Counted from the first letter of the stretch, positions 12,316-25,496 are shown. The stretch is DNA of 64,000 nucleotides from Octopus sinensis (GCF_006345805.1 NC_043018.1:16120001-16184000), one strand, 5' to 3'. Made by a program: numbers and translations. Notes: generated from the letters alone by a model not told the origin.

Positions 12316-13429
12316 CTGCAATGTAAAAATAACGACATTTACTCTAATTACCAGCTGATAATTATTATACTAATTAATCTACAATACTACTGAAACACAC
12401 AGGAGGGAGGAAAGGGTAGAGGGGGGAAAACCAGAAGGATAGAGAGGAGCACTTGTTTGGTTTAATAGTCAGAGATTTGTCAGAAAATGGTGGAACTGCC
12501 TGATTAAGTGATTGTCTTGGATTCTTAGAGAATCAGAAATTGAAGAGCATAAAGCACCAAGCCACCTTTATACAGTTTGCATTCTGTAATTAAGAGCTCA
12601 ATGAATACTGGTACCTGTAATATACTCGTGCCAATTCAATGAGAAAATTGTCATAGAAAGATGGATGGTACTATTGGTCAAAAGATGCCTGATTTAAGAA
12701 CAAAAGACATGAAAATTTTCTGTACACTGTGAAGGCTGCTAAAAAGATTAGAACTTGTAACACTGAGGTCAGCAGCTCAGAGTCACAGTGGGAAAATCTT
12801 ATATTTTGACCTTTTTGATACCAACTTGTCCAAGATTGCCTATGGTTCCATGATACAAATTTCCGTGTTTCAAAACGATCTAAATTAAAATCTACCTTAA
12901 TTTATGTTCCAAACTCCATATTAAGAATAGCAGTTGACTAAAATTATCTTCAAAATTAATTAAAACAGAGGCAGTGCAATTTAAAAGAAATATGGTAACA
13001 AAATGGATAATTGGCTGGATCCGAGAATTCCCCCACCTCTTAATTGACTTTCCCAGGAACTAAACTCCTGAAATTTAGTAAATGTTAGGAATAGCGATAA
13101 GGTGAAAATAACAACATAGCAAAACATTAAGAATCAACAAATGGCAGAGACTTTCCATTCTAAGGGAAAGAAAACTTCGAATCCACCTCAGAGAGTTTTC
13201 AAACTTATTTAGACCTTATCAACCATCTCTGAGAAGTAATTGGCAAAACAGAGTCCTGGAGCTGTTTTGTGAAATAACAGGTTACCAACAAGACTAAATG
13301 GGGGAGGGGAGAGAGAGCGACAATGTGTGTGTGTGTGTGAAACTTCAGTTACATTCAATAAATTCCTTTAGTCACAACAAAGTGTTTCTTCATCTGTTAC
13401 AATAATGTGTAACAACAACAAATGCTTTT

Positions 13430-13481
<52 letters not shown>

Positions 13482-14470
13482 TGGAGGCGCAATGGCCCAG
13501 TGGTTAGGGCAGCGGACTCGCGGTCGCAGGATCGCGGTTTTGATTCCCAGACCGGGCGTTGTGAGTGTTTATTGAGCGAAAAACACCTAAAAGCTCCACG
13601 AGGTTCGGCAGGGAGTGGTGATCCCTGTTGTACTCTTTCACCACTCTTTCTTCTGTTGGCCTGCTCGCTTAGCCAGCAAGGTGGCATCATTCGAAGGCTA
13701 AAACAATGCGAACGCATTGTGACCAGCAATGTGTAACAACATCTGATGGTCTGGTCGGTCACGTGATATATATATATTTATATATATATATATATATATA
13801 TGTACATCCATCATACATACACACACACACACACCACACAAATACAAATTCATTAATGTGAATATGTTGTTGATCGTCTATTTGGTAGATTTTTTTTCCT
13901 GTCCTCGCTGAACACATACCATCAACGAGAGAGATTTTGTAATATATTTATGTATGTACGGATAGCTTCATACACACAAATGCACACATTCATTAAATGT
14001 GTGTGCATGCACACGCGCGCGAGGGAGTGCTGAAAAGTTCCTGGTTTGGGGTAAAAGAAGATACAGGAGGATCAGTTAACTGTGATTTTATTTAATGTAT
14101 TCCCCTCTCAGATTTACACATCTATTGCAGGGGTCTTTCAGTTTTTCAAAGCCCTCCAACGAGGCATTTGGCAATGTCCCTAAAACCAGGAACTTTTCAA
14201 GACCCCGCCCCATGGCACGTAAAAAGCACCAACCGATCGTGGCCATTGCCAGCCTCCCCTTGCATGTAAAAAGTATCCATGACACTCACGGAGTGGTTGG
14301 CGTTAGGAAGGGCATCCAGCTGTAGAAACACTGCCAGATCAGACTGGAGCCTGGTGCAGCCTCCTGGTTTCCCAGACCCTGGTCGAACCGTCCAACCCAT
14401 GCTAGCATGGAAAACGGATGTTAAACGATGATGATGATGATATCCTCACAAATTGCAAGAGACTACTCAC

Positions 14471-14559
14471 TTGGATCCAACCAATTGGTGCCAAGCCTCA
14501 TGATATTTACTTGGATTCTCTTTCTGGGTCTCCAGTTCCAGATCATCTGCTTCTATGTA
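14471..14559 (-). CDS. CTPS: CTP synthase, coding exon 9 (YIEADDLELETQKENPSKYHEAWHQLVGS)
   Basis: 89 bp, YHEAW motif, AG/GTGAGT ends. Confidence 0.95.
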
Positions 14560-15376
14560 CTGCAATAAAAACAGAATCATTATCACCACCATCATTATTA
14601 ACATTTTTGATACCAATCCATCAAAGACCATCTCACCATAAAAAAATTTTTTTTAAACTCTATTTGAAAGTGTTTATATTTAAAGCATTTCATTCAGTTC
14701 TATTTCCCAACATCCATTTAATTATTTTCATTATTTTCAAAATTCATTGAAATACATGAAATAAAACTCTGCTTGCGAAGACCTGTACTAAATTCTTTAT
14801 ATTTTCAAATTTAATTGAAACAAAGGGCACGTAAAAGCACCATCCGTTCGCGTCCGTTGCCAGCATCGCCTGGCCCCGTGCCGGTGACACGTAAAAGCAC
14901 CATCCGTTCGTGTCCGTTGCCAGCCTCGCCTGGCCCCGTGCCGGTGACACGTAAAAGCACCATCCGTTCGTGGCCGTTTGCCAGCTCTGTCTGGCACCTG
15001 TGCAGGTGGCACGTAAAAAAACACCCACTACACTCGCGGAGTGGTTGGCGTTAGGAAGGGCATCCAGCCATAGAAACACTGCCAGATCTGACTGGGCCTG
15101 ACGAAGCCTTCCAGCTTCACGGACCCCAGTTGACCCGTCCAACCCATGCTAGCATGGAAAGCGGACGCTAAATGATGATGATGATGATGCATGTTTTAAA
15201 AGAAATATGATAACCAACACCCACCCCATAAACCACAATTTCACAGTAGCTAGGTAGGTACATTTATTAATGTCATACCTTCCTACCTACCTAGCTACCG
15301 TGATTTAAGTTACTATGTAACATAAATTACTGTGTTATTACTATTAATGAAATACAAAAACATTCGCAGTGCTTAC

Positions 15377-15509
15377 CCTTAAATTGAGACGATGGTTGAC
15401 AGCAAGGGAAGAATGCTTCAAGGCTTTTATGACCGAAGCGTAAGCGTCTTCTAGTTGTGTGTATTTACCAACCAAAGCTATGGTGACGTCCTTCAATAAA
15501 CGGTCATAC
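15377..15509 (-). CDS. CTPS: CTP synthase, coding exon 8 ([44 protein letters not shown])
   Basis: 133 bp, IALVGKY...DAYASV motif, AG/GTAAGC ends. Confidence 0.97.
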
Positions 15510-16633
15510 CTGTAACATAAACAGTCAACCAATGTAACAACGGTCACATCTGCAACATAAACAACACAGCAATACATAACGAAAGTAATATTGTCACCAT
15601 CGTCATCATCCGCCTCCCATACTGGCATAGGTTCCAGGTTCAATCCCACTGCACAGCATCTTGGGGGCAAGTGTCTTCTACTATAGCCTCGGGCTGACCA
15701 AAGCATTGTGAGTGGATTTGGCTGGTTGGAACATAAAATGAGTAGCATGTGCAGGCCAGATATGTGAAAGGGTTAAAGGTGATGATGGCGACGACGACAA
15801 TGTCAGTTATCTCTATATTCACTCTACAGAAACTTACTTGTTAGACGCAGATGAAAATCTACAACCAAGATCAGCAATACCTATTTCTTTATTGCCCACA
15901 AGGGGCTAAACACAGAGGGGACGAACAAGGACAGACAAACGGATTAAGTCGATTACATCGACCCCAGTGCGTAATTGGTACTTAATTTATCGACCCCGAA
16001 AGTATGAAAGGCAAAGTCGACCTCGGCGGAATTTGAACTCAGAACGTAACGGCAGACGAAATACGGCTACGCATTTCGCCTGGCGTGCTAACGGTTCTGC
16101 CAGCTTGCTGCCTCAACAATATCACAAGACAAGACATGATGCTACAGCTTTCCAAAAACGGTAATTGGCAGAAATAAACGAGGTGTTGTAATCAATATGG
16201 AACGGTCCATCAGTGCTATATAAAAAACGTTAATTCAGACAAATTAGGTTAATACCAAATTGGGTTTTTTTTTTTTTTCTGCGTTGGCAAAGAACCAGGA
16301 ATTGGTAGGAAATGAATAAAAGTTGCATCAATTCCAGTACGACAAGAAAGAAACAATATTACTCCATGTTTTAACTTCAGGTTAGACAGGATTGTGAAGG
16401 GGGAACAATCAAAGGCATTCTAACCATGACCATCACTTAGTACTTTAATATCCAACACTACATTATCTTCTATTTTTCTGTTTTATTTTTTGCCAACCGA
16501 TTGGAGATCACCCTTGGTTCTTTGATATAAAGTGATTTTAAATAAAAACCTTCCATCGAAATTTCATGTTAAATTAAATTCCAAACACAAACTCCAAATA
16601 AGTTATTTTACTAAATCTGTGTGTGTGTACATA

Positions 16634-16679
<46 letters not shown>

Positions 16680-17030
16680 AACACAATATACACACACGCA
16701 ATATACATACACATACACACACGTACACATATATACATACACATACATATATTCACACATATACACATATATATACATACACATATATTACACACACACC
16801 CATACATACATATGCACAACAGGCTTCTTTCAGCTTTGTCTACCAAACCCATTCACAAGGTTCTAGTTAACCTCAGGATTTTAGAAGATCCTTACCCCGA
16901 AAGTGCCATGCAGTGGGACTGAACCTAAAAGCTTCTTCCCCATGCAGCCACATCCATTAAGAAAGCTTAATCCACAAAATAATTCATTAATCAAAACAAA
17001 GAGAGACTTCGTAGAATTATCCTCACTCAC

Positions 17031-17185
17031 CTGTCAGCCAAATTCCTCCAGTTTGACAACAGATACTTGTGTTGACATTGTGGCATTTCTAGATTTAAGC
17101 GCTTCTGAAAGAACTCCACCACTTTTTCTTCTTGTAACAAGAGAGGCACTCGATAGACAGAAGTCACATCATGTACACCGATTAC
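17031..17185 (-). CDS. CTPS: CTP synthase, coding exon 7 (VIGVHDVTSVYRVPLLLQEE...NWRNLADR)
   Basis: 155 bp, DVTSVYRVPLLL motif, AG/GTGAGT ends. Confidence 0.96.
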
Positions 17186-17389
17186 CTAAACAGAACCATG
17201 TCAACGTATATTAATTCAAATGCCACGAACGACAATCGTGTTCCACAGGACATAATTACTTTGGAAATTATTTGGAATTAAAAATCAAGTTGAAGAGATT
17301 AACATGCAAAATATAGAAGCAGTCTTCAGGTAGTTTCAGCCTTTTTTATTTTCAACTCACCTGTGACACCCCACCCCCGCCCTGGTTAC

Positions 17390-17740
17390 AGTACAATTCT
17401 ATATTTAAGAGATGAGGAATTACATACATTATTTACATTTGACGAATATTTGTCCTCATCTCGTTTGTTGTTAACACAAAATTTTGGCTGATATACCCTC
17501 CAGCCTTCATCAGGTGTCTTGGGGTATTTTCGAACCTGCGTTCTCATTCCTAAAGTATTTTTTGATATCATTATTATTATTATTCCAGGCAGTGACCTGA
17601 ATAATAATAACATTGAAAAATACCTTAGGAATGAGAATCCAGGTTAGAAATTTCCCCAAGACACCTGATGAAGACTGGAGGGTATATCAGCCAAAACGTT
17701 GTGTTAACAACAAACAAGACGAGGACATATATCCGTCAAA
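17390..17740. mobile_element. Foldback element made of two inverted Penelope-like terminal units
   Basis: About 145-bp inverted arms (17438-17584 and 17599-17740) around CAGGCAGTGACCTG; each arm carries a CTGATGA...cagcc-AAAA hammerhead-like core. Confidence 0.6.
17660..17705 (+). ncRNA. Decayed minimal type I hammerhead ribozyme motif (inverted copy at 17473-17518 on -)
   Basis: gacac-CTGATGA-a-gactg(gagggtatat)cagcc-AAAACGTT-gtgtt: stem I, core, stem II and palindromic ACGT stem III are present, but GAAA reads AAAA. Confidence 0.45.
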
Positions 17741-17878
17741 GCAGCCACACACACACACACACACACACGTGTGCGCAAACAAACGTGTGTATGATCTGAC
17801 ACAAGATCTCGCAGTCAGCCCTAAGCTAACAGAAAAGTAATATTAAGACCAACAAAGATTTTCAAGGACAGGACTCAC

Positions 17879-17959
17879 CTGGTCTGGTAGAACATGGCAA
17901 AATAAGGAAATTTTTTCACGGACGGAAGCAGGGATCTTCCTTTCACTTCGGCAAACAAT
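17879..17959 (-). CDS. CTPS: CTP synthase, coding exon 6 (IVCRSERKIPASVREKISLFCHVLPDQ)
   Basis: 81 bp, EKISLFC motif, AG/GTGAGT ends. Confidence 0.96.
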
Positions 17960-18030
17960 CTAGAAGAAAAACAGAGAAAAATTTTAAAAGCCACAAAAAC
18001 AAAACAAAAAACAATACATACAATGCAGTA

Positions 18031-18255
18031 TACTCTTACTCTTTTACTTGTTTCAGTCGTTTGACTGCGGCCATGCTGGAGCACCGCCTTTAATCGAGCA
18101 ACTCGACGCCAGGACTTATTCTTTTGTAAGCCCAGTACTTATTCTATCGGTCTGTTTTGCCGAACCGCTAAGTAACGGGGACATAAACACACCAGCATCG
18201 GTTGTCAAGCAATGCTAGGGGACATACAGACACACAAACACACACACGCATATAT

Positions 18256-18287
<32 letters not shown>

Positions 18288-18464
18288 CATATATACGACG
18301 GGCTTCTTTCAGTTTCCGTCTACCAAATCCACTCACAAGGCTTTGGTCGGCCCGAGGCTATAGTAGAAGACACTTGCCCAAGGTGCCACGCAGTGGGACT
18401 GAACCCGGAACCATGTGGTTGGTAGACAAGCTACTTACCACACAGCCACTCACTCCTGCGCCTA
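18031..18464 (-). mobile_element. tRNA-headed SINE family A with Deu/Nin-like central domain; full copies also at about 22219-22660 (-), 25335-25738 (+), 33643-34080 (-), 34597-35026 (-), 36923-37340 (-), 39157-39548 (+), 52674-53075 (+), 63700-64000 (-)
   Basis: Near-identical copies of about 430 bp with GCCTTGTGAGTGGATTTGGTAGACGGAAACTGAAAGAAGCC core, internal (TA)n(TG)n tract and (AGAGTA)n-like tail; assignment to the Deu/Nin class is from memory. Confidence 0.8.
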
Positions 18465-21095
18465 AGTAGCGAGTATATATATAAAATTCTAAAATCTTTC
18501 TTCCCCAATTCTTTTAAGGTGGTGCTCCAGCATGGCCACAGTCAAATGACTGAAACAAGTACAAGAATAAATTGTTTTTTGTTGTTCCAAATTATTTTTC
18601 TAAGACATCTTTTGAAGCATATTTCATTCGTCACTAACTTGTGTTCCTTTAAAACCGATTTTGCGCTCCGAACGAAATATTGCAAATAAACATTGCTCAT
18701 ACGATGTCGCTCATTTACAACCATCCCACGATGTCCAGACAAGGGTCTTTCCCTTGCTCTCTCTCTCTCTCTCTCTCTCGCTTTCCCTCCACCTTTCTTA
18801 ATATCTCGTTACTTTGGATATCATTTTCGATTAGCCTTGCTTATACACGTCACATCTCAAATATTGTCTCAAAGCCATAAAGCCTTTGTGTATCTCTCTC
18901 TATATAAACGGAAGTTTGTCTGTGTGTCTGTCAGGTTGTACCCTCACCCTGACCACGGCTTTCAACCGATTCTGATGAAACTTGACACACACATAGCCCA
19001 ATGTCATAATTCAAAACTAACGCAGCAAAAATTTTGAAAAGTTCCCCCAGTTCTGAAAAAAATTGATAAATTCGGCATGGGGTCGAGAATCTAAGCTTTT
19101 TATTTGCAACACATTTTCTGTTATAGTTTTAGCAACTTTCAATCGATTTTCACCAAACTCAAGGTGAAGCTTAATGTTACCCTAAGAAACTTAATTCTGA
19201 CGTTAGTTTTCCATGCAATACCTTACCATCAGAAAAAATCATGCCATTTTGGGAAATCGCGTTCAAATTCAAGAGGACATATTTTCAACAATATCTTTCA
19301 CAAATTGGCAGGAATTTTTTTTAAATTCACAGCGAGCATTATGTCTGCTCCAGGGGCTCTTACATACCCGGGCAATGCCGGGCTATGCTGCTAGTATATT
19401 ATATATGTACCAACTACTGGTGTTATTTTCTGTTTATCAGTTCCTGTTATCTTGTTCTGTCATCGTTTATCATTCGTTACATTCACTCATTAGTCACTGA
19501 CTCCACGTTCACTCATTCATTTGCAGCAGCTTTTTGCTGCTGACACCACCAAAATGGACAATCTTTTTAAAGGCATGAAACTGTGATGACTTCAGGACAG
19601 ATTCTGACAAAGAAAGTATACCCCGCGTCTTGGGTGCAATTTTTCCATATGTTCCTTTCTCATCCTACTGCGTCATTTTTAAAAATCTATGGTAAACCTA
19701 TGAAACAGCCATACAAACAAGGCAAATTCAACTATTCCTCAATAGACTGAAAGAAAAAAACTAGCAGCCTTAATTGGTTTTCAAACCCTGTTGGGCTCCG
19801 ATAAGCTATCTACATCACTTGATGAATCCCAGAGAAATTCGTCTGTTCATGTACACAGCATAAACCTGTGGCTACAGAGAAGTGGAGCAACTGCTTTGCA
19901 TACAAGTGTTTATCACTTTAATATCAGCTGCCTATCCGATGGGGATCTCAGTCCATACAGTATCAAGGTACGATATATGTAAACCTACACAACAGGCATA
20001 CAATCAAAGCAAATTTAACCATTCCTCCATAGACTGAAAAAAACAGGTGTGAAAGAGTATGTGTGACAATTATAAAATAACGAAGGCAGCTGAAAGCAAT
20101 ATAAAAAAGGAAAAATTCAATTGTTACTAATTGTACCAGACAGCACCTATGTTACTACAAATAAAGAGTTAAAAGCCATTTGAGTCACAAAAAAGCACAT
20201 CTTGATATATAGACTGACAGGAGTTACTTCCCCTGTCAGTACATGAAAATGTGTGCTTTCTTGTGGCTCTAAGGATTTTCTAACTCATTTCTAGCAATAC
20301 AGGTATTACCTGGACCCTTTAGTCGCCCAGTAGTGACATGATGCTTTTTATGGTGGCAGGTAAAAAGCACCACTCGAGCGAGGTCGTCACCAGTGCCACT
20401 GGATTGGCTCCTGTGCAGGTGGCACGTAAAAAACATTTGAGCGTAGCCGTTGCCAGTGTCACCTGATTGGCCCTCGTGCCGGTGGCACGTAAAAGCACCC
20501 GCTACACTCTCGGAATGGTTGGCGTTACGAAGGGCATCCAGCTGTAGAAACTCTGCCAGATCAGATTGGAGCCTGGTGCAGCCATCTGGTTCGCCAGCCC
20601 TCAGTCAAATCGTCCAACCCATGCTAGCATGGAAAGCAGACATTAAATTATGAGGATTTTATATTATATATATATATATATACATACACACACACGGTAT
20701 GTATTACTGAGATGGGTTATTGCTTTTCACTTCTCTCTGGCCAAAATCAAATATGCTCGAAGGCAGGTTTCCATAATATTTGGAAAATGGATTACACTGC
20801 TTACATGACAGCGGCACTACTTCACAATCATCACATCATGTCTACACACACACACACACACATCAGGCATATTTAGCAGTTTCCAAAATCCACATACAAG
20901 ATTTTGGTTGGCACGAAGCAGGACTGAACCCACGGTTGGGAAGCAAGCTTCTAAACCACCCAGCCAGGCATGTGTCAGGAATGGCCATTCAAAACTTTTC
21001 TAATGTCTTGAACTAGTTTTTATTCCAAAATTTAGAGCAGACATTTTCAAAAAACAATATCACACATGATAAAATGCTGATCCCTTTTTACTTAC

Positions 21096-21179
21096 CAAAT
21101 CTGGGGACAGTCCTAGTCCACGAAGTTCCCTGACACTGGCCTGGGTTGGCTTGGTTTTCTGTTCTCCTGTAGCATGAGG
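21096..21179 (-). CDS. CTPS: CTP synthase, coding exon 5 ([28 protein letters not shown])
   Basis: 84 bp, GEQKTKPTQ signature, AG/GTAAGT ends. Confidence 0.98.
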
Positions 21180-21499
21180 CTAAAAAAGAAAATAAATGAA
21201 CAAAATAATTTTACCTCTTCATTATCTTTGAGACATCACACTCTCTCACATACATAAAAATAGATGAATGCATATGTATTTATGTATGAATGTATTATTC
21301 ATGACAACACACCCCTCCACTGACATACACACACACATACTTAAATGTATACAAACGTACATACAAAAACCCCTGTGTGTGTATGTGTGTGTGACTGACT
21401 ACAAATACATAGAGCTGAACACTGCTCGCGAAAAGAAAATGAAATTTTTTTTACAGAAATTAACGAAGTGTGCGAGCTTAGAACGAAATCAAACCTGGT

Positions 21500-21730
21500 G
21501 TGTGAGTGTGTATGTGAAAGAGAGTGAGTGAGTGAGTGGGAGAGTGTGTGAGTGAGTGTGAGAGTGAGTGAGTGAGCAAGAGTGAGTGTGAGAGTGAGTG
21601 AGTGAGTGTGAGAGTGAGTGAGTGAGAGTGAGCAAGAGTGTGAGAGTGAGTGAGCGTGAGAGAGTGAGTGTGAGCAAGTGATCGAGAGTGACTGTGAGAG
21701 AGAGTGAGAGAGTGAGTGAGTGAGTGAGAG
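21500..21730. repeat. Complex (GAGT/GAGTGT)n microsatellite
   Basis: Degenerate tetra- and hexanucleotide tandem repeat. Confidence 0.85.
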
Positions 21731-22418
21731 AACATTGCAAATCAAATGAAGACCCAATTATGTGTCTGAGGTCAAATTATTCGTGCATCACAAGTATGGA
21801 AGTAATTAGTGAAGCAGTTTCCACGTGAAAGGCGAACACACACACATCTCTATTTTATATATTAGATTAGATAAGACAGACAGGTTTTCGTTTTTACTTC
21901 CCTTTCCAAAAATTTGAAAACAAAATAAACGAACAACTATTTCATTTACTGCAAAGTTTAACAGGATCTTAAAAGATCCCAGCAAGTAAGTTGTGGGTTT
22001 AAAGCTGTTAACCTAGTAACAGTTACAAACAAGATTAAACTTCCTGATAACATAGCAACAGGCTTTATAGAAATGCGTCAGGAAACTTACAAACGGAAAG
22101 AAAAAAAAAGGCTTAAAGCTCGTCAGCATTCAGATTATTCTGTCAAATGAAATGCTTATTTTTTTCACATTGTTTCAAATTAAGATTATTACGTAGCTTC
22201 AAGATTCTGATGATGTGATACTCTCTTTTACTCGTTTCAGTCATTTGACTGCGGCCATGCTGGAGCACTGCCTTTAGTCGAGCAAATCGACCCCGGGACT
22301 TATTCTTTGTAAGCCCAGTACTTATGCTATCGGTCTCTTTTTGCCGAACCGCTAAGTGACGGGGACGTAAACACACACCAGCATCGGTTGTCAAGCAATG
22401 CTAGGGGGACAAACACAG

Positions 22419-22491
<73 letters not shown>

Positions 22492-22977
22492 TACGACAGG
22501 CTTCTTTCAGTTTCTGTCTAACAAATCCACTCACAAGGCATTGGTCGGCTCGGGGCTATAGCAGAAGACACTTGCCCAAGATGCCACGCAGTGGGATTGA
22601 ACCCAGAACCATGTGGTTGGTTAGCAAGCTACTTACCACACAGCCACTCCTGCGCCTATAGTTTATTTTTTTATAAGGTACGGGGCCAGATTAGGCCAGC
22701 TTGAAAATAAAACGGGAAGAATATTTGGGCCGGATATGACCTGTTTAAACGCTAAAAGGTTAAATAATATCAATCTTTGTTCCCCTTCTTTTTAAATTTA
22801 AATTGGTAAAGCAAAACAAGCTAAAAATATCTTGCTCATTACCGTTTAACTCCTTAGCAATTAATACCAGCTGCATCAAAACCCATTCATTACCATATTT
22901 GTGTTGAAATAAAACAACTTTGCTTTGATTAATTTTTAAAATAATGAATAATTTACACTAATAACTATCACTATTAA

Positions 22978-23361
22978 GGAGGAGGAAGCACTCCGTCGGT
23001 TACGACGACGAGGGTTCCGGTTGATCCGAATCAACGGAACAGCCTGCTCGTGAAATTGACGTGTAAGTGGCTGAGCACTCCACAGACACGTGTACCCTTA
23101 ACGTAGTTCTCAGGGATATTCAGCGTGACACAGAGAGTGACAAGGCTGGCCCCTTGAAATACAGGTACAACAGAAACAGGAAGTAAGAGAGAAAGTTGTG
23201 GTGAAAGAGTACAGCAGGGATCACCACCATCCCCTGCCGGAGCCTCGTGGAGCTTTTAGGTGTTTTCGCTCAATAAACACTCACAACGCCCGGTCGGGGA
23301 ATCGAAACCGCGATCCTATGACCGCGAGTCCGCTGCCCTAACCACTGGGCCATTGCGCCTC
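22978..23361 (-). mobile_element. tRNA-derived SINE (same head as 5050/13481, tail type 2) with 9-bp TSD; second copy at about 24569-24950
   Basis: CACTATTAA duplicated at 22969-22977 and 23362-23370; B-box GTTTCGATTCC. Confidence 0.85.
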
Positions 23362-24327
23362 CACTATTAAACAGGTGGTTAGAACACAAATTAATCTGAA
23401 ATCTTAAGATTTTAACTTAAGTTACTTTAAAACCTAAGTTACTTTAAAACCAGAGGGCTGCCTGCCAGAACCAGGGGTGGTTTCAGGCAGGTTGGCATCT
23501 AAGGAGTTAATTTTCAAATCAGCTAGATCTGGCCCTCCTCACATCTACCGTACAATGTTACTCCAAAAATAAAACAATCACATCATTGGAATTTCATTGT
23601 TATGAAACAATGCAGGATTTATTCAAAACAATGTTGTTAAATAAGCAATAAATTTGAGAGAATGAACTGAATGCTAAAGAGTGTTGCAAGTTGCTTGGCA
23701 ACCCTGCCAGTGCAGATGTCACGTAAAAAGCATCCAGTCCACACTAATGTGGGTTGGCATTTGGAAGGGAATCCAGCAGTAGGATATTTCGTTTTGGGAT
23801 TTGGTTTGAAAGATTCTTTATATGAGTTCTTGTGTTGAAGCATATTCTGTTGTGTCTGGGGAGAACCATTTCCTTTTTGTGCCTTATTATGTAACACACT
23901 CACCGGTAAAATTTCCACTTTTTTTTTTATTTTTATTGTCCTAAAATTTTCGTTGCGACTTGCAACCTTTTCAATAGCTTTGAAAATGGAGTCAAAACTA
24001 TTGAAAAGGTTGCAAGACGCAACGAAAATTTTAGGACAATAAAAATAATAAGAAAAAAAAAATCAACTGTAGGAACTGACCTCACCTGTGCTTGTGCCAC
24101 GTTAAATGCACTCATTCCACTCTGCTGGGTGGTTGGTTTTAGGAAGGGCAAAGAGCTGTAAAAACCATACCAAAACAAGAAGTCTGGTGTAGGCCCCTGT
24201 CTGGCCAGCTCCTGTCAAACCATCCAACCCATGCCAGCATGGAAGAAGGATGATAAATGATGATGATAAAACTTTATGAAGATGGTAGGGGCAGGAAATG
24301 GTAAAAATAGGTTTGGGTAGAACTTAC

Positions 24328-24444
24328 CTGTGGAATCAAACTGACATGGACACTGCAGAAGTTCTCTCTTTTCACTCGGAACTGGAACTGGCGGAAAGCT
24401 TCAACAAATGGCATACCTTCAATGTCACCAATGGTTCCACCAAG
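24328..24444 (-). CDS. CTPS: CTP synthase, coding exon 4 ([39 protein letters not shown])
   Basis: 117 bp, [10 protein letters not shown] signature across the splice junction, AG/GTAAGT ends. Confidence 0.98.
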
Positions 24445-25496
24445 CTTCAGGGGAAAAAAGAAAAACAAGCATATCGAATCAAAAGTTTAATTCTTGCAAT
24501 ACCAAGGAGCACAATTTAACATTCACAGCAACTGATAATATTTTCATAATTAATCAATCAATTGGATGAAAGCACTCCGTCGGTTACGACGACGAGGGTT
24601 CCGGTTGATCCGATCAACGGAACAGCCTGCTCGTGAAATTAACGTGTAAGTGGCTGAGCACTCCACAGACACGTGCACCCTTAACGTAGTTCTCAGGGAT
24701 ATTTAGCGTGACACAGAGAGTAACAAGGCTGGCCCTTTGAAATACAGGTACAACAGAAACAGGAAGAAAGAGTGAGAGAAAGTTGTGGTGAAAGAGTACA
24801 GCAGGGATCACCACCATCCCCTGCCGGAGCCTCGTGGAGCTTTTAGGTGTTTTCGCTCAATAAACACTCACAACGCCCGGTCTGGAAATCGAAACCGCGA
24901 TCCTACGACCGCAAGTCCGCTGCCCAAACCATTGGGCCATTGCGCCTCCAATCAATCAATTACAGTATCGATCAAGCCATCAGGTGCCGTTATACACTGC
25001 TGAGCACAATGCGCTTCCAGTTTTGACTTGTTTGCAACCATTCTTTACCATCTTGATCCAAATTATCTTCCCAATGCCATGGAGGCCTTCCAAGTGGCCC
25101 TTTGCTAATCTCTTGGGCACCACTTGGCCACTACATGGATCCACCTGTTGTCTGTGAACCTTGTGACACTGAACACAGAGTCATGTGATGAGGAAGCAAA
25201 CCTCTTGACCCTCAGGAACTGCACAATTAGGAGAACATTGTTAAATATTGCAAAACACCAACTTCAACCTTGATTCTTTTTGGGGTTTTTTTTTTTCTAA
25301 ATAAAATGGTTGGCATTAAATAACATCCAGCTGTAGAGGCGCAGGAGTGGCTGTGTGGTAAGTAGCTTGTTTACCAACCACATGGTTCCAGGTTCAGTCC
25401 CACTGCGTGGCACCTTGGGCAAGTGTCTATAGCCTCAGGCCGACCAAAGCCTTGTGAGTGGATTTGGTAGACGGAAACTGAAAGAAGCCTGTCGTA

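Noticed and set aside
13481-13560. tRNA-like sequence
   Set aside because: It is a SINE head: A and B boxes are present but it continues into a repeat body without a complete cloverleaf or terminator
19700-20045. About 60-bp direct repeat spaced about 290 bp apart, with a possible H/ACA snoRNA between
   Set aside because: The intervening sequences are unrelated and the 5-prime hairpin folds poorly; only a weak 3-prime hairpin plus ACA was seen
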